Made by a program: the position numbers and the translations under genes. From an uncultured Sediminibacterium sp. (GTDB taxonomy: Bacteria > Bacteroidota > Bacteroidia > Chitinophagales > Chitinophagaceae), in the NCBI GenBank assembly GCA_965650685.1, contig CBFGPM010000001.1:57415-121414 (forward strand): a stretch of DNA of 64,000 nucleotides. The letters run 5' to 3'. The notes under the pieces were generated by a model. That model was not told the origin of the DNA and searched no databases. It saw nothing but the letters and a program-made list of their open reading frames with translations. This document shows positions 63,383 through 64,000 of the stretch, piece by piece (position 1 is the stretch's first letter; the number at the start of each line of letters is the position of its first letter).

Positions 63383-64000
63383 ATGACAACCATCAAAGGC
63401 CCGGGTATTTTTCTGGCTCAATTCATGGGAGATGCTGCTCCTTTTAATTCTCTTGAAAGTATTTGTAAATGGGCCGCGTCTTTAGGGTTTAAAGGCGTAC
63501 AAATTCCTACCTGGGATGCCCGTTGTATTGATTTGCAAAAAGCCGCAGAGAGTAAAACTTATGCCGATGAAATAAAAGGCATCGTTGCTGCTGCTGGCCT
63601 GGAGATTACAGAACTATCAACACATCTGCAAGGACAACTGGTAGCTGTTCATCCGGCTTATGATGTAATGTTCGATGGGTTTGCACCTGAAAATGTTAGA
63701 GGTAATGCAAAAGCACGTACCGCATGGGCCATTCAGCAACTGCAATATGCAGCCAAAGCATCTGCCAATCTTGGTTTAAATGCACATGCTACTTTCAGTG
63801 GCGCCTTATTATGGCATACAGTTTACCCATGGCCACAAAGACCTGCGGGATTAGTAGAGACTGGTTTTACGGAACTGGCTAAAAGATGGAAACCTATTCT
63901 GGATATTTTTGATGAAAATGGTGTGGATCTCTGTTATGAAATTCACCCGGGTGAAGACCTGCATGATGGTATCAGCTATGAAATGTTCCTGGAAAAAGTT
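63383..64000 (+). CDS. xylose-isomerase-like TIM-barrel protein, 3' end beyond window
   Basis: Hand translation from ATG 63383 is open for 206 codons to the window edge (MTTIKGPGIFLAQFMGDAAPFNSLESICKWAASLGFKGVQIP...YEIHPGEDLHDG). It is not in the ORF track because no stop is reached. Confidence 0.7.
   Translation, partial: MTTIKGPGIFLAQFMGDAAPFNSLESICKWAASLGFKGVQIPTWDARCIDLQKAAESKTYADEIKGIVAAAGLEITELSTHLQGQLVAVHPAYDVMFDGFAPENVRGNAKARTAWAIQQLQYAAKASANLGLNAHATFSGALLWHTVYPWPQRPAGLVETGFTELAKRWKPILDIFDENGVDLCYEIHPGEDLHDGISYEMFLEKV

Noticed and set aside
1-64000. Autonomous mobile elements, prophage, defence islands, tRNA or rRNA genes
   Set aside because: I recognised no transposase, integrase, phage structural gene, restriction-modification system, toxin-antitoxin pair, cas gene or tRNA-like cloverleaf sequence. 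Family A therefore appears non-autonomous within this window.

Overview
This 64-kb window is a chromosomal segment that looks Bacteroidota-like, possibly Chitinophagaceae or Sphingobacteriia. That assignment is inferred from a fused CcoN-CcoO oxidase subunit, ribosomal protein THX, a split MetH, TAnnTTTG promoter boxes close to start codons, and no Shine-Dalgarno signals. About 60 protein genes are mostly housekeeping: serS, gcvH, recR, xth, hup, coaX, lptC, metH, two ECF sigma/anti-sigma pairs and a UvrD-type helicase-nuclease. Three functional clusters stand out. (1) A complete cbb3 oxidase locus at 10.2-20.3 kb on the minus strand: fnr, a hemerythrin-like gene, ccoI, ccoS, ccoNO, ccoQ, ccoP, ccoG, ccoH and a TauE-like gene. 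(2) A glycosyltransferase / O-antigen-ligase-like envelope cluster at 43.8-50.6 kb. (3) A cluster at 54.7-64 kb of Tat-exported Gfo/Idh/MocA oxidoreductases, a GMC flavoenzyme with its small Tat subunit, three xylose-isomerase-like TIM-barrel proteins and an MFS transporter, suggestive of an oxidative (3-keto) glycoside pathway. I saw no rRNA, tRNA, CRISPR array, transposase, integrase or recognisable defence system. The most unusual signal is non-coding. Nearly every intergenic gap holds long hairpins whose arms are degenerate tandem repeats of 7-nt words. A modular, mosaic ~100-350 bp element (family A) occurs at least five times, with nested insertions, terminal inverted repeats and a conserved core plus a 24-28 bp hairpin. 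Three small genes below the ORF-track cutoff were found by hand: ccoQ, ccoS and ribosomal protein THX. All product calls come from motif recognition by eye; no searches were run.
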